Assembly (NCBI GenBank): GCA_031390545.1
Contig: JANMTP010000047.1
Coordinates: 8,930-72,929 of the forward strand
Source: Chthoniobacter sp.
Lineage (GTDB): Bacteria; Verrucomicrobiota; Verrucomicrobiia; Chthoniobacterales; Chthoniobacteraceae
Direction of reading: 5' to 3'
Length of the DNA stretch: 64,000 nucleotides
The notes beneath the pieces are model-generated. The model saw only the letters and a list, made by a program, of their open reading frames with translations, did not search any database and had not been told where the DNA came from. This document shows positions 10,218 to 19,925 of this stretch, one piece after another (position 1 is the stretch's first letter; every line of letters begins with the position of its first letter). The position numbers and the translations under genes were made by a program.

Positions 10218-11455
10218 ACGCGGTCGATCTCTCTTCTGCCCCGCCAGTCGCCGGGGGCCCCGAAGCGGGTCGCGGGCTGCGGGTGCTGCTCGTCGGCAAT
10301 TCTCCCACGGATGGCCAGGAGAGCATGCTGCGCTTTGCCGAGATGCTGCGGGCGGGGTTGGCGGCCGCTGGTTGTACGGTCGAAGTGATCGCCCCGGAGC
10401 CGTATTTTGGCTGCTTAAAAAAATCCGGCTCCGGTGTCGGTAAGTGGCTGGGGTATCTGGACAAGTATCTCCTGTTTCCGCTGGTCCTCCGCCAACGCTT
10501 GCGCAAACTCCGCGATCCGAATTTTCCCAAAGGCACCGCGGACTCCTCGCGGAGCCGAGATAGAGTCATCGTCCACATCTGCGACCACTCCAATGCCCCC
10601 TATGCCGCGCAGGTCGGCCGGACGCCCTGTGTGATCACTTGCCACGACCTCGGAGCGGTCCGGGGCGCTTTGGGCGAAGCCACCTATTGTCCCGCCTCGG
10701 CCACCGGGAAGATTTTGCAGCGCTGGATTCTGGGGAGTCTCGCCCGCCCAGCGCGCATCGTCTGTGTTTCCACGGCCACGCGGGATGACGTGCATCGCTT
10801 GCTGGGTCCGCGTTGCCCGCAAACCGAAGTCGTGCTCCTCGGTCTAAATCAGACGTTTGCGGAGGGGGCGGAACACGAGACTACCGCCCAACTCGCCCGA
10901 GCGGTGCCGCCGCTCAATCCGCGTCGCCCGTTTCTGCTCCACGTCGGATCGAGTCTGACACGCAAGAATCGGGACGGCGTGCTGCGCATTTTTCATCGGG
11001 CCAAGGACCGGTGGGACGGCCAGCTCGTCTTCGCCGGCGCGGGGTTGTCGGACGAATTGCAGGCGTTGGTGCGTGAACTTGGTTTGGCGGATCGGGTGAC
11101 GGTTTTGGAGCGGCCGGATACCGCCCTGCTCGAGGCGCTTTATCAGCGCGCTTTCGCCCTCCTTTTCCCCTCGCGCTTCGAGGGCTTCGGTTGGCCGGTG
11201 GTCGAAGCGCAGGCCTGTGGCTGCCCGGTCTTGTGCAGCGATTCCTCGTCGCTGCCCGAAGTGGCAGGAGCTGGCGCGCTGATTCGCCCCGTGGAAGACG
11301 AGGCGGGTTTTGCGGAGGATCTGCTGAGCCTGACCGACCCGGCAGTCCGCGCCGCGCTGATCGAGCGGGGGAGGGCGAATCTGCCGCGCTTCGACACCCA
11401 GAAAATGCTCAATCGGTATCTAGCGATCTATCACGAAGTCTCGGACGGCTTATGA
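10214..11455 (+). CDS. Glycosyltransferase family 4
   Basis: LRVLLVGNSPTDGQESM ... PSRFEGFGWPVVEAQACGCPVL (E-x7-E). Confidence 0.85.
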   Translation: MNAVDLSSAPPVAGGPEAGRGLRVLLVGNSPTDGQESMLRFAEMLRAGLAAAGCTVEVIAPEPYFGCLKKSGSGVGKWLGYLDKYLLFPLVLRQRLRKLRDPNFPKGTADSSRSRDRVIVHICDHSNAPYAAQVGRTPCVITCHDLGAVRGALGEATYCPASATGKILQRWILGSLARPARIVCVSTATRDDVHRLLGPRCPQTEVVLLGLNQTFAEGAEHETTAQLARAVPPLNPRRPFLLHVGSSLTRKNRDGVLRIFHRAKDRWDGQLVFAGAGLSDELQALVRELGLADRVTVLERPDTALLEALYQRAFALLFPSRFEGFGWPVVEAQACGCPVLCSDSSSLPEVAGAGALIRPVEDEAGFAEDLLSLTDPAVRAALIERGRANLPRFDTQKMLNRYLAIYHEVSDGL

Positions 11456-12117
11456 AATTCCTTCTTAAGGGCCTGCTGATTTTGCTGCCGTGGGCGCTCC
11501 GGCGTCCGCTGCTGATCTGGCTTTTCGGCTACCGGCTTGATCCGACCAGCCGCATTGGTCTCGCCTGGGTTTACCCCCGGCACCTCGTGATGGCCGCGCA
11601 CACCTCGATCGGGCATCTCACGTTTTGCGTGCATTTGGACAAAGTGGAATTGCACGAGCACGCGACCATCGGCCGGGGAAATTGGATCACGGGCTTCCCC
11701 ACCGCGGACAAATCCTATTTCGGTCACGACGCTGAACGCCGGGCCGAACTGACCGTCGGGGAGCATGCCGCCATTACCAATCGGCATTTGATCGATTGCA
11801 CGAGCGCCGTGGAGATCGGCGCCTTCTCCACCGTCGCCGGTTTTGCCTCCCAGATTCTGACCCACTCGATCGATCTCGAGCAGAACCGGCAGGCCTCCCA
11901 GCCGGTGCGGATCGGCAAATACTGTTTTCTGGGAACCAACTGCGTGCTGCTCGGGGGAAGCCAGCTCCCGGATTTTTCCGTGCTCGGTGCGAAATCGCTG
12001 CTCAATAGAGCCGGGGAAACACCCTACACGCTTTACGGCGGTGTCCCGGCGCGCGCGATCAAGCGTCTGCCCGAAACCTACGGCTACTTCGGCCGCGCGC
12101 GCGGGAGTGTCAATTAG
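11452..12117 (+). CDS. Hexapeptide-repeat (LbH) acyl/acetyltransferase with N-terminal membrane segment
   Basis: Left-handed beta-helix repeats (IGRGNWITG, VGEHAAITN, IGKYCFLGTNCVLLGG). ATGA overlap at 11452. Confidence 0.7.
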   Translation: MKFLLKGLLILLPWALRRPLLIWLFGYRLDPTSRIGLAWVYPRHLVMAAHTSIGHLTFCVHLDKVELHEHATIGRGNWITGFPTADKSYFGHDAERRAELTVGEHAAITNRHLIDCTSAVEIGAFSTVAGFASQILTHSIDLEQNRQASQPVRIGKYCFLGTNCVLLGGSQLPDFSVLGAKSLLNRAGETPYTLYGGVPARAIKRLPETYGYFGRARGSVN

Positions 12118-12249
12118 CGACGAGCGGCGGCCCCCCGGTCCGCGCGTTCGCCCGCTCCCGCGAATGTTACAATCGGGAGCATCCGCCAATTTGCCTTCTG
12201 AACAGAAACGCCTTGGGACTAACTCGTAGCTGTTTTCACCACTCCACTT

Positions 12250-13419
12250 GTGCCCTTTGCTTTTGAATACTCCATCGTCGGTGCCGGTTTCTCCGGTGCC
12301 GTGCTCGCCAGGCAACTTGCCACGGACCTCGGCGTACGCGTCCTGGTCATCGACGAACGGCCGCACATTGCTGGCAATTGCCACACGGAACGCGACGCCG
12401 CGAGCGGTATCCTTCTGCATCAATATGGCCCGCATATCTTCAACACCAATCGGGAGGATGTTTGGAACTACGTGAACCACTACGGAAGGTTTCGTCCCTT
12501 CACCAACCGGGTGAAAGCCGTCAGTCGCTCCGGCGTGTATTCCCTTCCGGTGAATCTGCACACCATCAACCAATTTTTCCGCCGCAACTTCAATCCCGAG
12601 GAGGCGCGGGCGTTCCTGGCGTCGCGCGCCGAAGCTCCAGGCAGCCTCCCGCCCCGCAACTTTGAGGAACAAGCGTTGCAGATGATCGGCCGCGAGCTCT
12701 ATGAAGAGTTCTTTTACGGTTATACAAAAAAGCAGTGGGGTTGCGAACCTACGGAACTGCCCGCCTCGATTCTGAAACGCCTCCCCGTCCGCTTCAGCTA
12801 CGACGATAACTACTACGCGACTCGCTTTCAGGGCATACCGGAAGAGGGTTACACCGCGGTTGTCTCCCGTATTCTTGACCACCCCGGCATCGAAGTGCGC
12901 CTTGGCGTCGCCTACGATCAGGCCCTCGAAACCGAGTCGCGTCACGTCTTCTACACCGGCCCGATGGATCGCTACTTCAGCTACGAATTGGGCGCGCTGG
13001 GCTACCGCACAGTCACTTTCGAGCGCCACGACGCCCGCGGCGACCACCAGGGCAATGCCGTGATCAACTATACCGAAGTCAACGTCCCGCATACGCGCGT
13101 TCACGAACACAAGCATTTCGCTCCCTGGGAGGAACACGAACGCACGGTTTTCTTTCGGGAATCCAGCAAGGAAACCGAGGTTGGGGATCTACCGTACTAT
13201 CCCAAGCGGTTAACCGCCGACCTGTTTCGACTCGCGGAGTATCGAGCGCTCGCAGAGCAGAAAGCGAACGTCTCGTTTATCGGCAGGTTGGGAACTTACC
13301 GATATCTCAACATGGATCAGGCGATCGGCGAATCCCTGGACTTTGCGGCGGCCGCCGTGGCGCGAATCCAGCGCGGCGAACGCGCCCCCCGCTTCCCCGA
13401 CGCTGCCTTCGCACAATGA
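12250..13419 (+). CDS. glf: UDP-galactopyranose mutase
   Basis: FAD fold IVGAGFSGAVLA, with HQYGPHIFNTN and NYTE..PHTRV.EHKHF blocks characteristic of Glf. GTG start. Confidence 0.9.
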   Translation: MPFAFEYSIVGAGFSGAVLARQLATDLGVRVLVIDERPHIAGNCHTERDAASGILLHQYGPHIFNTNREDVWNYVNHYGRFRPFTNRVKAVSRSGVYSLPVNLHTINQFFRRNFNPEEARAFLASRAEAPGSLPPRNFEEQALQMIGRELYEEFFYGYTKKQWGCEPTELPASILKRLPVRFSYDDNYYATRFQGIPEEGYTAVVSRILDHPGIEVRLGVAYDQALETESRHVFYTGPMDRYFSYELGALGYRTVTFERHDARGDHQGNAVINYTEVNVPHTRVHEHKHFAPWEEHERTVFFRESSKETEVGDLPYYPKRLTADLFRLAEYRALAEQKANVSFIGRLGTYRYLNMDQAIGESLDFAAAAVARIQRGERAPRFPDAAFAQ

Positions 13420-14537
13420 ATATCTCTTTCGCCCTGGGGCATGAGCTACCTTTTCCGCCGAGTCAGGGTGGCGGCGTTAATTCTCTACTTGAAAGTCTTT
13501 GCCGTGCTTTCGCAGCCGACGGGCATTCGGTGACGGCCTATTCGCCCGCGGAACGAGGGAGGCCGTCGCAGGAAAAGGTGGATGGCATTAGGCACATCCG
13601 CATCAAGGGTTCACCGCGCCGCGCCAACAACCTTTTCAATGCACTCTGCGGCCTACCCTACGCCCTCGCCCTTCGCGCAAGGCTCGAACCTTGTGACATC
13701 CTTAGCTGTCATCTACTGCACTCCTTTATCTTCTCCTCCGTTAAGACGGCGCGAGCGGTGACCCACACTTTGCATCGCGATCCCAAGCGGTTCCTGCCGC
13801 TCTACGGTCGGCTAGATCGCATTTATACCGGGAGCGAAGCGGTGTCCGCGCAGGCGCGATTGGTAGCCCCGGGGTTGGCGAAGAAAGTGCGCACCGTCCA
13901 TAACTGCGTGGATTTCCGCGGTTACGAAGCTCCGCAGCCCCATCCAAGCTCGATGTTGCGCTTTATTTTCGTGGGGCGGTTTTCCGAGGACAAGGGTGTG
14001 GAGACACTGCTGCGCGCGTTCGCCGATGCTGCGAGGCAGCAGCCCGGCATCCACCTTTCGTTTGTGGGACCGCTTGAAGCGAAGGACGGAGGCGACGAGC
14101 ACCTCGTGGAAAAATGTCGTGCTTACATCGAAGCGGTGGGCCTATCCAGACAGATCGAGATTTCTCCACCCATCTTTGATCGGGCGCGTTTGGACGAACG
14201 GATTCGTGCGAGTGACGTGGTTTGCCTACCGTCGGTGCGCGGTGAGACGCTGAACATGAGTATCATTGAAAGTATGCGTCTCGGAAAATGTCTGTTGATC
14301 TCAGATCTTCCGGCGAATGCGCCACTGGTCGTGAGCGGCTTGAACGGGTGGTTTGCGAAGGCGGGTGACGAGGCAGATTGGACGCAACGGATTCTTCAAC
14401 TTGCCGCCAGCCGCGACCAGGTGATGGAATTCGGCGTGCACTCATATCACTACGGGCTGAAGGCTTTTTCCGCCGAGCGTATCGCCCGCGACTACGTGGG
14501 TGATTTTGTCGAGCTGCTCCATAAGTCGAAGCGTTGA
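13416..14537 (+). CDS. Glycosyltransferase family 4
   Basis: PSQGGGVNSLLESL ... PSVRGETLNMSIIESMRLGKCLLIS. ATGA overlap with glf. Confidence 0.85.
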   Translation: MNISFALGHELPFPPSQGGGVNSLLESLCRAFAADGHSVTAYSPAERGRPSQEKVDGIRHIRIKGSPRRANNLFNALCGLPYALALRARLEPCDILSCHLLHSFIFSSVKTARAVTHTLHRDPKRFLPLYGRLDRIYTGSEAVSAQARLVAPGLAKKVRTVHNCVDFRGYEAPQPHPSSMLRFIFVGRFSEDKGVETLLRAFADAARQQPGIHLSFVGPLEAKDGGDEHLVEKCRAYIEAVGLSRQIEISPPIFDRARLDERIRASDVVCLPSVRGETLNMSIIESMRLGKCLLISDLPANAPLVVSGLNGWFAKAGDEADWTQRILQLAASRDQVMEFGVHSYHYGLKAFSAERIARDYVGDFVELLHKSKR

Positions 14538-14539
14538 AG

Positions 14540-15136
14540 ATGAGCGCGGAAGGTCACCAGCCGGTTGCTGCTCAAGTGATTAAAACTTCCGTTCAGACTG
14601 CTGGAGCCATCTCGCCCTGGTCGTTCCGCGAGCGGATGGTGATGCTGTTGTGGGAAATAAGCTGGACAGTGTTCTGCGGGTGGACGCCCAAACCTTTCAA
14701 TCCCTGGCGCCTGGGATGGCTTAAAGTTTTTGGAGCGCACATTTCTGGGACGCCCTTCGTGCATCAACGCGCCCGCATCCTGATTCCTTGGAATCTCACC
14801 CTGCTTGATCGCGCGTGCCTGGGCGATGGGGCGAATGCCTATTCGCTCGGCAAAATCGAAATCGGCAGACGGGCGACTGTAGCGCAGGAGGCTTACCTTT
14901 GCACCGGAACGCACGACCTTTCGCACCCCGATCTCCTGCTCCAAGTGGCTAAGGTCACGATCGGTGAAGATGCGTTTGTCGCCGCCCGGGCCTTCATTAT
15001 GCCCGGTATCACCATTGGCGTGCGGGCCGTGGTCGGAGCCTGCGCGGTGGTCACACGCGATGTCCCCGCGGATGCCGTAGTCGCAGGTAATCCCGCCCGT
15101 GAGATCGGCCGGAGAAATTTCGTGTACCCGGATTGA
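14540..15136 (+). CDS. WcaF-like hexapeptide-repeat O-acetyltransferase
   Basis: IGRRATVAQEAYLCTGTHD ... IGEDAFVAARAFIMPGITIGVRAVVGACAVVTRDVP. ATG at 14540; an alternative TTG at 14534 would overlap the upstream stop. Confidence 0.75.
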   Translation: MSAEGHQPVAAQVIKTSVQTAGAISPWSFRERMVMLLWEISWTVFCGWTPKPFNPWRLGWLKVFGAHISGTPFVHQRARILIPWNLTLLDRACLGDGANAYSLGKIEIGRRATVAQEAYLCTGTHDLSHPDLLLQVAKVTIGEDAFVAARAFIMPGITIGVRAVVGACAVVTRDVPADAVVAGNPAREIGRRNFVYPD

Positions 15137-15257
15137 TTCCGTTGTTTATTTTTGAATCGGAAGTCACTACTACATTGTATTCCTTTTCCCCCGGCCAGGA
15201 CCAAGTCCCGTATGAGTGCGGCGGAGTCTGAAACGCTAAGCGAGTGACGAGAATTTT

Positions 15258-15536
15258 ATGTCAGCGAGTATAACCCAGTGCAGGAAGTGTCGGCGGCCAT
15301 TTTCGACTGCGGCCGATTGTTGCCCCGATTGCGGATACTCGAGTCCTCGGCGAGTTCGACGCCGGATCGCCAAAGGTTTCGCACTACTCGTCGCGGCATT
15401 AGCACTCGCTGGTTCACTCGCAATGGCGCTACGGCAAGATTTGTCTCACCGCGCTCCGGTTCCGGTTCAGCCAGTTCACTCGACGCTCACCGCGGACGAG
15501 AATACTGGGCCTGAGATTCAATTCGCGCCGAGATAA
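15258..15536 (+). CDS. Small zinc-ribbon protein with one transmembrane helix (hypothetical)
   Basis: CRKC-x11-CPDC pairs, followed by the hydrophobic helix FALLVAALALAGSLAMAL. Confidence 0.4.
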   Translation: MSASITQCRKCRRPFSTAADCCPDCGYSSPRRVRRRIAKGFALLVAALALAGSLAMALRQDLSHRAPVPVQPVHSTLTADENTGPEIQFAPR

Positions 15537-15589
15537 ACCGGGCAGGCTGGGCGGACGACCCGCGGCCCAAACGGCACGTCCGCTGTTCG

Positions 15590-18037
15590 CTAGTTGCGCT
15601 TCGCTTCAAACGCCATCCAAGCAAGCCACGCCTTTTCCCACTCGTTGCTTTGGGTGAAGAGCTTAAACTCGAGCGCGGACAAATAACGGGGTGAATCCTT
15701 GTTCTGTTGGAGCACGCGGAGGGTGGCGGTGGCTTCCTGGAATTTTTCGGCCCGCAACTGCCCTCCGAGTAAGGCCAGTCCGTTGACGAGATCCTTGGAG
15801 TGCAGATAGAAATTCTTTTCGAGGACGGGCAGAGGTTCACCCGTCTCGATCGTAGGCATCGCGGGCATGACGGCAGACTGCCTGATGACATCGCAGGCTT
15901 TTTCGAATTCGCCCAGTTCCCCATAGTAGCGGGCGATGAAGGGCCAGCTTTCGGATTGCCATTCCGGTTTGGAGAGGAGGAGTGGACCCAGGCGCTCCAA
16001 TTTGCGGCGCGCCGCCCAACTCACAAAAAACTGCTTCCGCTCGGCGGGTGAAAAAGACGCGAGGTCTGGATCCTCGGCCAGCAATTGTTCGCTTTCGAGT
16101 TCGAACTCGAAAGGCGAGGCCGTCTCAAGATACAGGAGGAGATAGGCACGGCTTTCGCGTGCCCAGTAGCGGAGAACATCGCGGACTTCGGGGCGGGTCT
16201 GGACGGCACCGAGCATCCTGCGGAAATATCCAAGCTTGTCCTCAGACGGGCGCTTCAAGGCTTCGTTCCAGGCATCCAGGGCGCGGTCTGGTTGCTCCAA
16301 TTCGAGCCAGAACATCCCCTCATCAACGCAGATCTCGATCCAGCTGGGTTCCAGGGCCCGGGCGATGGCGAAGTCGCGATCGGCTGCTCTGGTGTCAAAG
16401 GTGACCGCGTGGGCGCGCGCGCGCTGAAAATACAGATTCCAGTCGAGTGGCGTAACGGAAAGCGCCGCCGTCGCTGTGGCGATGACTTCACTGGCCTGAT
16501 CTTCAGCCACCTGATTTTCCAGACGGAGATTGAGGTGCCGGGCGTGGGCGGAGGTCGGTAGAGGCAGAAAGAAGGAAGCGAACCAAAAACTGCCGAGCGC
16601 GAGTAAGACTCCGCCGGTGATCCGGAACATCGGTCTGACCCACGGTTTGGGGGCGCGCGGACACTCTGGATGGAGGGCCAGGCTCATCAGGAAGAGCGCC
16701 GGCCAGAGCGAGCCGAGCCGGTGGCCGGAAACGTCCACAAATCCGTGCAGGGCAAACCCGATTGCGCCGACGAGCGCGGCCGAGCGCACCAGCGGAGCTG
16801 TGCCATGATCGAAAGGACGGCAGCGCTTGAGCAAAAGGGCGAATGCGCCCAACAACAGGACGGGGGCAAGCCAGCCCAACTCCACGGCGGCCCACATCCA
16901 ATCGCTCTCCGGGTGAAGCGCGCGATTACCCATTCGCGACTGTTCACGGACCATCGCAAAGAGTGACTCAAAATTTCCCAGCCCGTGACCGAGCCACGGA
17001 GCACCGGCCGCAAAATTCCAGGCGTCCATCTGAAGCAGCAAACGGAAATTCTCGAGCACTAAAACGCTCTCCGCCTGAAAGCGGCGAAACGCCTCGCCAC
17101 CGAACAGAAAGAGCGCGGTGAATAGTAGGGCTGCTCCCGAGACGGTCACAGCGGCACTCTGCGTAGAGGTGGACAGCCGCATCGAGCAGAGTGCCCAGAG
17201 CGCAATGCCGCCGAAGAATAAGACGATGCCGGAACGCGAGTAGGCCACGATCAGCGCCGCACAAACGAGCCCAAGGCAGCAAAACCAAAAGGCGCTGCTC
17301 TTCCGGCGGGAGCGCAAATCTTCAAAGGCCAGCACGTTGATCATGATGCCGCCCAAGGCCAGGACATTCGCCGTTTGATTGCGATTGGGAAAGAATCCGA
17401 AATTGACGCCAGAGTTTCCGGTGTCCGGCCAAAACGGGACTTTGTGACCGGTGAGGAATCCAAACAGACTCCCGGTGGCGAGCACTACAATCCCCGCGCA
17501 AAACACCCTCAGTGCCTGCACTGCGGTTTTTCGATCCCAGACATGGGCGAGGAGATAATAGGCCCAACTTAGGCCCAGCAGCATCAATCCGAACGCTTCG
17601 GCGGTGAGCCAAGGTTGCGGAGAGCGTGTCGCGGGCAACTGCAATCCAGGGATGCCCAGAAGTTTGCTCCGCCAGTCATCGCCGACCCACCAACTCGCCG
17701 GGAGAAACGCCGCGCTGGCCAGTAGAACGAGCAGGATGGCCGTGGCATTGAATGCCGGCCCTAATGATCGGGACGGAGGTTTAAGCAGAAAGAGAAATCC
17801 CGTGGCGATGGCCAGGGTGGCCTGGGACCACAGGCTCGTGGCTCCGCCCAGAAAAGGAGCGGCTACGGTCAGTGCCGCGAGAATCCACCCGCTGCATGGA
17901 AAATAGTCAGGGAAGGAGGCAGCTCTCTTCCGACTAAGGGACTCTCCCTGATCGAGAGTCGCCGCGACTAACGCATCCGTAGCATAGGGGTTGGCCGCGC
18001 GCCGACGCCGACTGGCTGGATTCCGTTCTTCAAGCAT
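15590..18037 (-). CDS. O-antigen ligase/polymerase-like (Wzy_C) multi-pass membrane protein fused to C-terminal TPR-like repeats
   Basis: About 12 TM segments. YSRSGIVLFF and GHGLGNFE...HPESDWMWAAVELGW are Wzy_C-like blocks. The C-terminal ~330 aa are helical TPR-like repeats. ATG at 18037; the ORF extends to a TTG at 18052. Confidence 0.8.
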   Translation of the reverse strand: MLEERNPASRRRRAANPYATDALVAATLDQGESLSRKRAASFPDYFPCSGWILAALTVAAPFLGGATSLWSQATLAIATGFLFLLKPPSRSLGPAFNATAILLVLLASAAFLPASWWVGDDWRSKLLGIPGLQLPATRSPQPWLTAEAFGLMLLGLSWAYYLLAHVWDRKTAVQALRVFCAGIVVLATGSLFGFLTGHKVPFWPDTGNSGVNFGFFPNRNQTANVLALGGIMINVLAFEDLRSRRKSSAFWFCCLGLVCAALIVAYSRSGIVLFFGGIALWALCSMRLSTSTQSAAVTVSGAALLFTALFLFGGEAFRRFQAESVLVLENFRLLLQMDAWNFAAGAPWLGHGLGNFESLFAMVREQSRMGNRALHPESDWMWAAVELGWLAPVLLLGAFALLLKRCRPFDHGTAPLVRSAALVGAIGFALHGFVDVSGHRLGSLWPALFLMSLALHPECPRAPKPWVRPMFRITGGVLLALGSFWFASFFLPLPTSAHARHLNLRLENQVAEDQASEVIATATAALSVTPLDWNLYFQRARAHAVTFDTRAADRDFAIARALEPSWIEICVDEGMFWLELEQPDRALDAWNEALKRPSEDKLGYFRRMLGAVQTRPEVRDVLRYWARESRAYLLLYLETASPFEFELESEQLLAEDPDLASFSPAERKQFFVSWAARRKLERLGPLLLSKPEWQSESWPFIARYYGELGEFEKACDVIRQSAVMPAMPTIETGEPLPVLEKNFYLHSKDLVNGLALLGGQLRAEKFQEATATLRVLQQNKDSPRYLSALEFKLFTQSNEWEKAWLAWMAFEAKRN

Positions 18038-18173
18038 GCGGCGGCTGGCCAAAAGTTTTCAAAGGTAAGCGCCCTTCTGAAAAGAAAGCCTCGGAGTCCC
18101 GCATGAACGAGACTCCGAGGCATGTTGCCGAGTGTTTAGAGACAGGCACTCGGAAAATCTTCAAATTGCTTGT

Positions 18174-19094
18174 CTATGGAGAAACGTCCTTGGGTTTCTT
18201 GATCTTGCTGCCGCCAGAGAGGGCGACTGATTTGCCAATTACCGAGCCATATACTTCAGAACTACTGAGGCTCGCGGCACCATTCGCCGCCAGCAAGATA
18301 CCCTCCAGAGTTGAACCGCCGCCCAAACCAGCACCGCTGGACGCACGGGCGTTGAAGATTACGTTCCCCGCTATCAAGCCGCCCGAGAGGATGATGTCCG
18401 CACTGTTGGCGAGGGTGAACGCGCCGTTCACGTCAAAGATGAATTTGGTCGTCGCCGTGCCGACGAGCGTGAGCTGGGTACCACCGGCTTCGTTCAGCAC
18501 GAAACTGCTCAATTTGAGGACGATGGGATTGTTTAACGGGTTGTTGACCATGCCGTTGATCGACAGGTTGATGCTGGAGGTGTTGTCCCCCGAACCTGAG
18601 GCGACGATCTTGCTGAGCGCGGAAGGAGTGTTGTTTGTGAAACCGCTGAGTGAAAAATTCGTCGTTTTCGTCAACAAGGCGATGTTGCTCGAGAGCGTGT
18701 GGGCATCGTTGTAGGCCGTCTGGAGAAGGGTATTCGTCGCGGCGTTCTGATACTTCACTCCCGACCGGCCACCACTGCCGGTGAAGAGCTCCGAACTGGT
18801 GGTGCGGATGTAGGAGTCTCCTTGAACCCGCGAGTTGCTCAGGATCAACTTCATGTTGTTCCCCCAGACGCCCACGTTGCCGTAGAAATCGATGTTGTTG
18901 GGCGACGTGTTGAAGGAGGTGGAGCCGGAAACGTTGCCATTGAGGCCGAAAGCGGCCCACTTGTGGACGCGACCAGCGAAGCCAAGATCAATGGTTTTAC
19001 CTTGAAGGGTAATGCCTGCGTCGAAGAAGGTTTGCGCCATCGACGTGCTGGCCAGCGCCAGAAAGGCGACCGTCAGTATTTTTGGAATTTTCAT
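18174..19094 (-). CDS. Secreted beta-helix protein (ice-binding-like / choice-of-anchor-A-like, family uncertain)
   Basis: Signal peptide MKIPKILTVAFLALASTSMA. Ser/Thr/Asn/Gly-rich periodic strands (FIFDVNGAFTL, GNVIFNA, GILLAANGAASL). Confidence 0.55.
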   Translation of the reverse strand: MKIPKILTVAFLALASTSMAQTFFDAGITLQGKTIDLGFAGRVHKWAAFGLNGNVSGSTSFNTSPNNIDFYGNVGVWGNNMKLILSNSRVQGDSYIRTTSSELFTGSGGRSGVKYQNAATNTLLQTAYNDAHTLSSNIALLTKTTNFSLSGFTNNTPSALSKIVASGSGDNTSSINLSINGMVNNPLNNPIVLKLSSFVLNEAGGTQLTLVGTATTKFIFDVNGAFTLANSADIILSGGLIAGNVIFNARASSGAGLGGGSTLEGILLAANGAASLSSSEVYGSVIGKSVALSGGSKIKKPKDVSP

Positions 19095-19367
19095 GTGTTG
19101 TCGTACCTAGATTTGTGTGTTTGCCGCCTGATCAAGCGCTTCGACTTTTATTGCCGAAATACCTATCGAGCGGACGGTCGGAGGATTGCGGGTGCCTCTT
19201 TTACCAGCAATGCTTTTACTGTTACGTTTGACGGACGAGAGCGTGGCAACGTCGGCACATCTCTGCCCCGCGATTTTTTATCAGACTCGAACGGATTTTC
19301 TAGAGTCTTCAGACGATCGCCGACATCTCGGACGAGCTTCGTCGTCGTTCGCACCTCCCAATCCACT

Positions 19368-19925
19368 TCACACGGTCGATTTCTTTCTCACGCCTTTCCA
19401 AACGCCAGCCAAGGACCGGTAGGATAGCCATGCTAGGAGCACTCCGCTCCATCCAGTGATTACGTCGCGCAGGCTGCTAAAACGGCCGGAGATCCGGATC
19501 TGAGCGATCTCGAGGGCGAGCACTACCCCCAAAAACACCGCCAGTCGCCATGTCGCGGCGGGTTGCGTTCCGCCCGCCGGAGTCGCTGGCAGCTTGCGAG
19601 ACGGTATCCAGAAAGCCAGAAAGGAAAGGGCGGCAAAAAAAAGGAAATTACACAGGTCGTCATGGGATCCGCACCATTGGCGCAAAGCATCCGGCATGAT
19701 GGCGAAAATGTCCCTCTGCACGTTCGGCATTAAGGCGAAGTAAAGGCCGCCCACCGCCATCATTAAGAAAACCGCTGGTAGGCAATGACGGCGTGCGTGG
19801 AGGAGGGCGGTTGTTCCCCAGTTTGCGATTTTTTTGAAGGGAACTTCCCGCTCCGCTGGAGGCATTTTTTGATTGGGAAGCCGGTTGGAGATAGGTGCGT
19901 GCTGCGGGCTATCTGGGTTCGTCAT
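19368..19925 (-). CDS. VanZ-like membrane protein
   Basis: 4 TM segments. LEIAQIRISGRFSSLRDVITGWSGVLLAW matches the VanZ E..Q...R..s..D...N/G..G block. ATGA overlap with the upstream GT2. Confidence 0.55.
   Translation of the reverse strand: MTNPDSPQHAPISNRLPNQKMPPAEREVPFKKIANWGTTALLHARRHCLPAVFLMMAVGGLYFALMPNVQRDIFAIMPDALRQWCGSHDDLCNFLFFAALSFLAFWIPSRKLPATPAGGTQPAATWRLAVFLGVVLALEIAQIRISGRFSSLRDVITGWSGVLLAWLSYRSLAGVWKGVRKKSTV

Noticed and set aside
11431-13137. A 568-aa minus-strand ORF covering the acetyltransferase and glf genes.
   Set aside because: The plus strand encodes an unmistakable UDP-galactopyranose mutase and an LbH acetyltransferase. The antisense ORF has no motifs and a composition typical of a shadow ORF.
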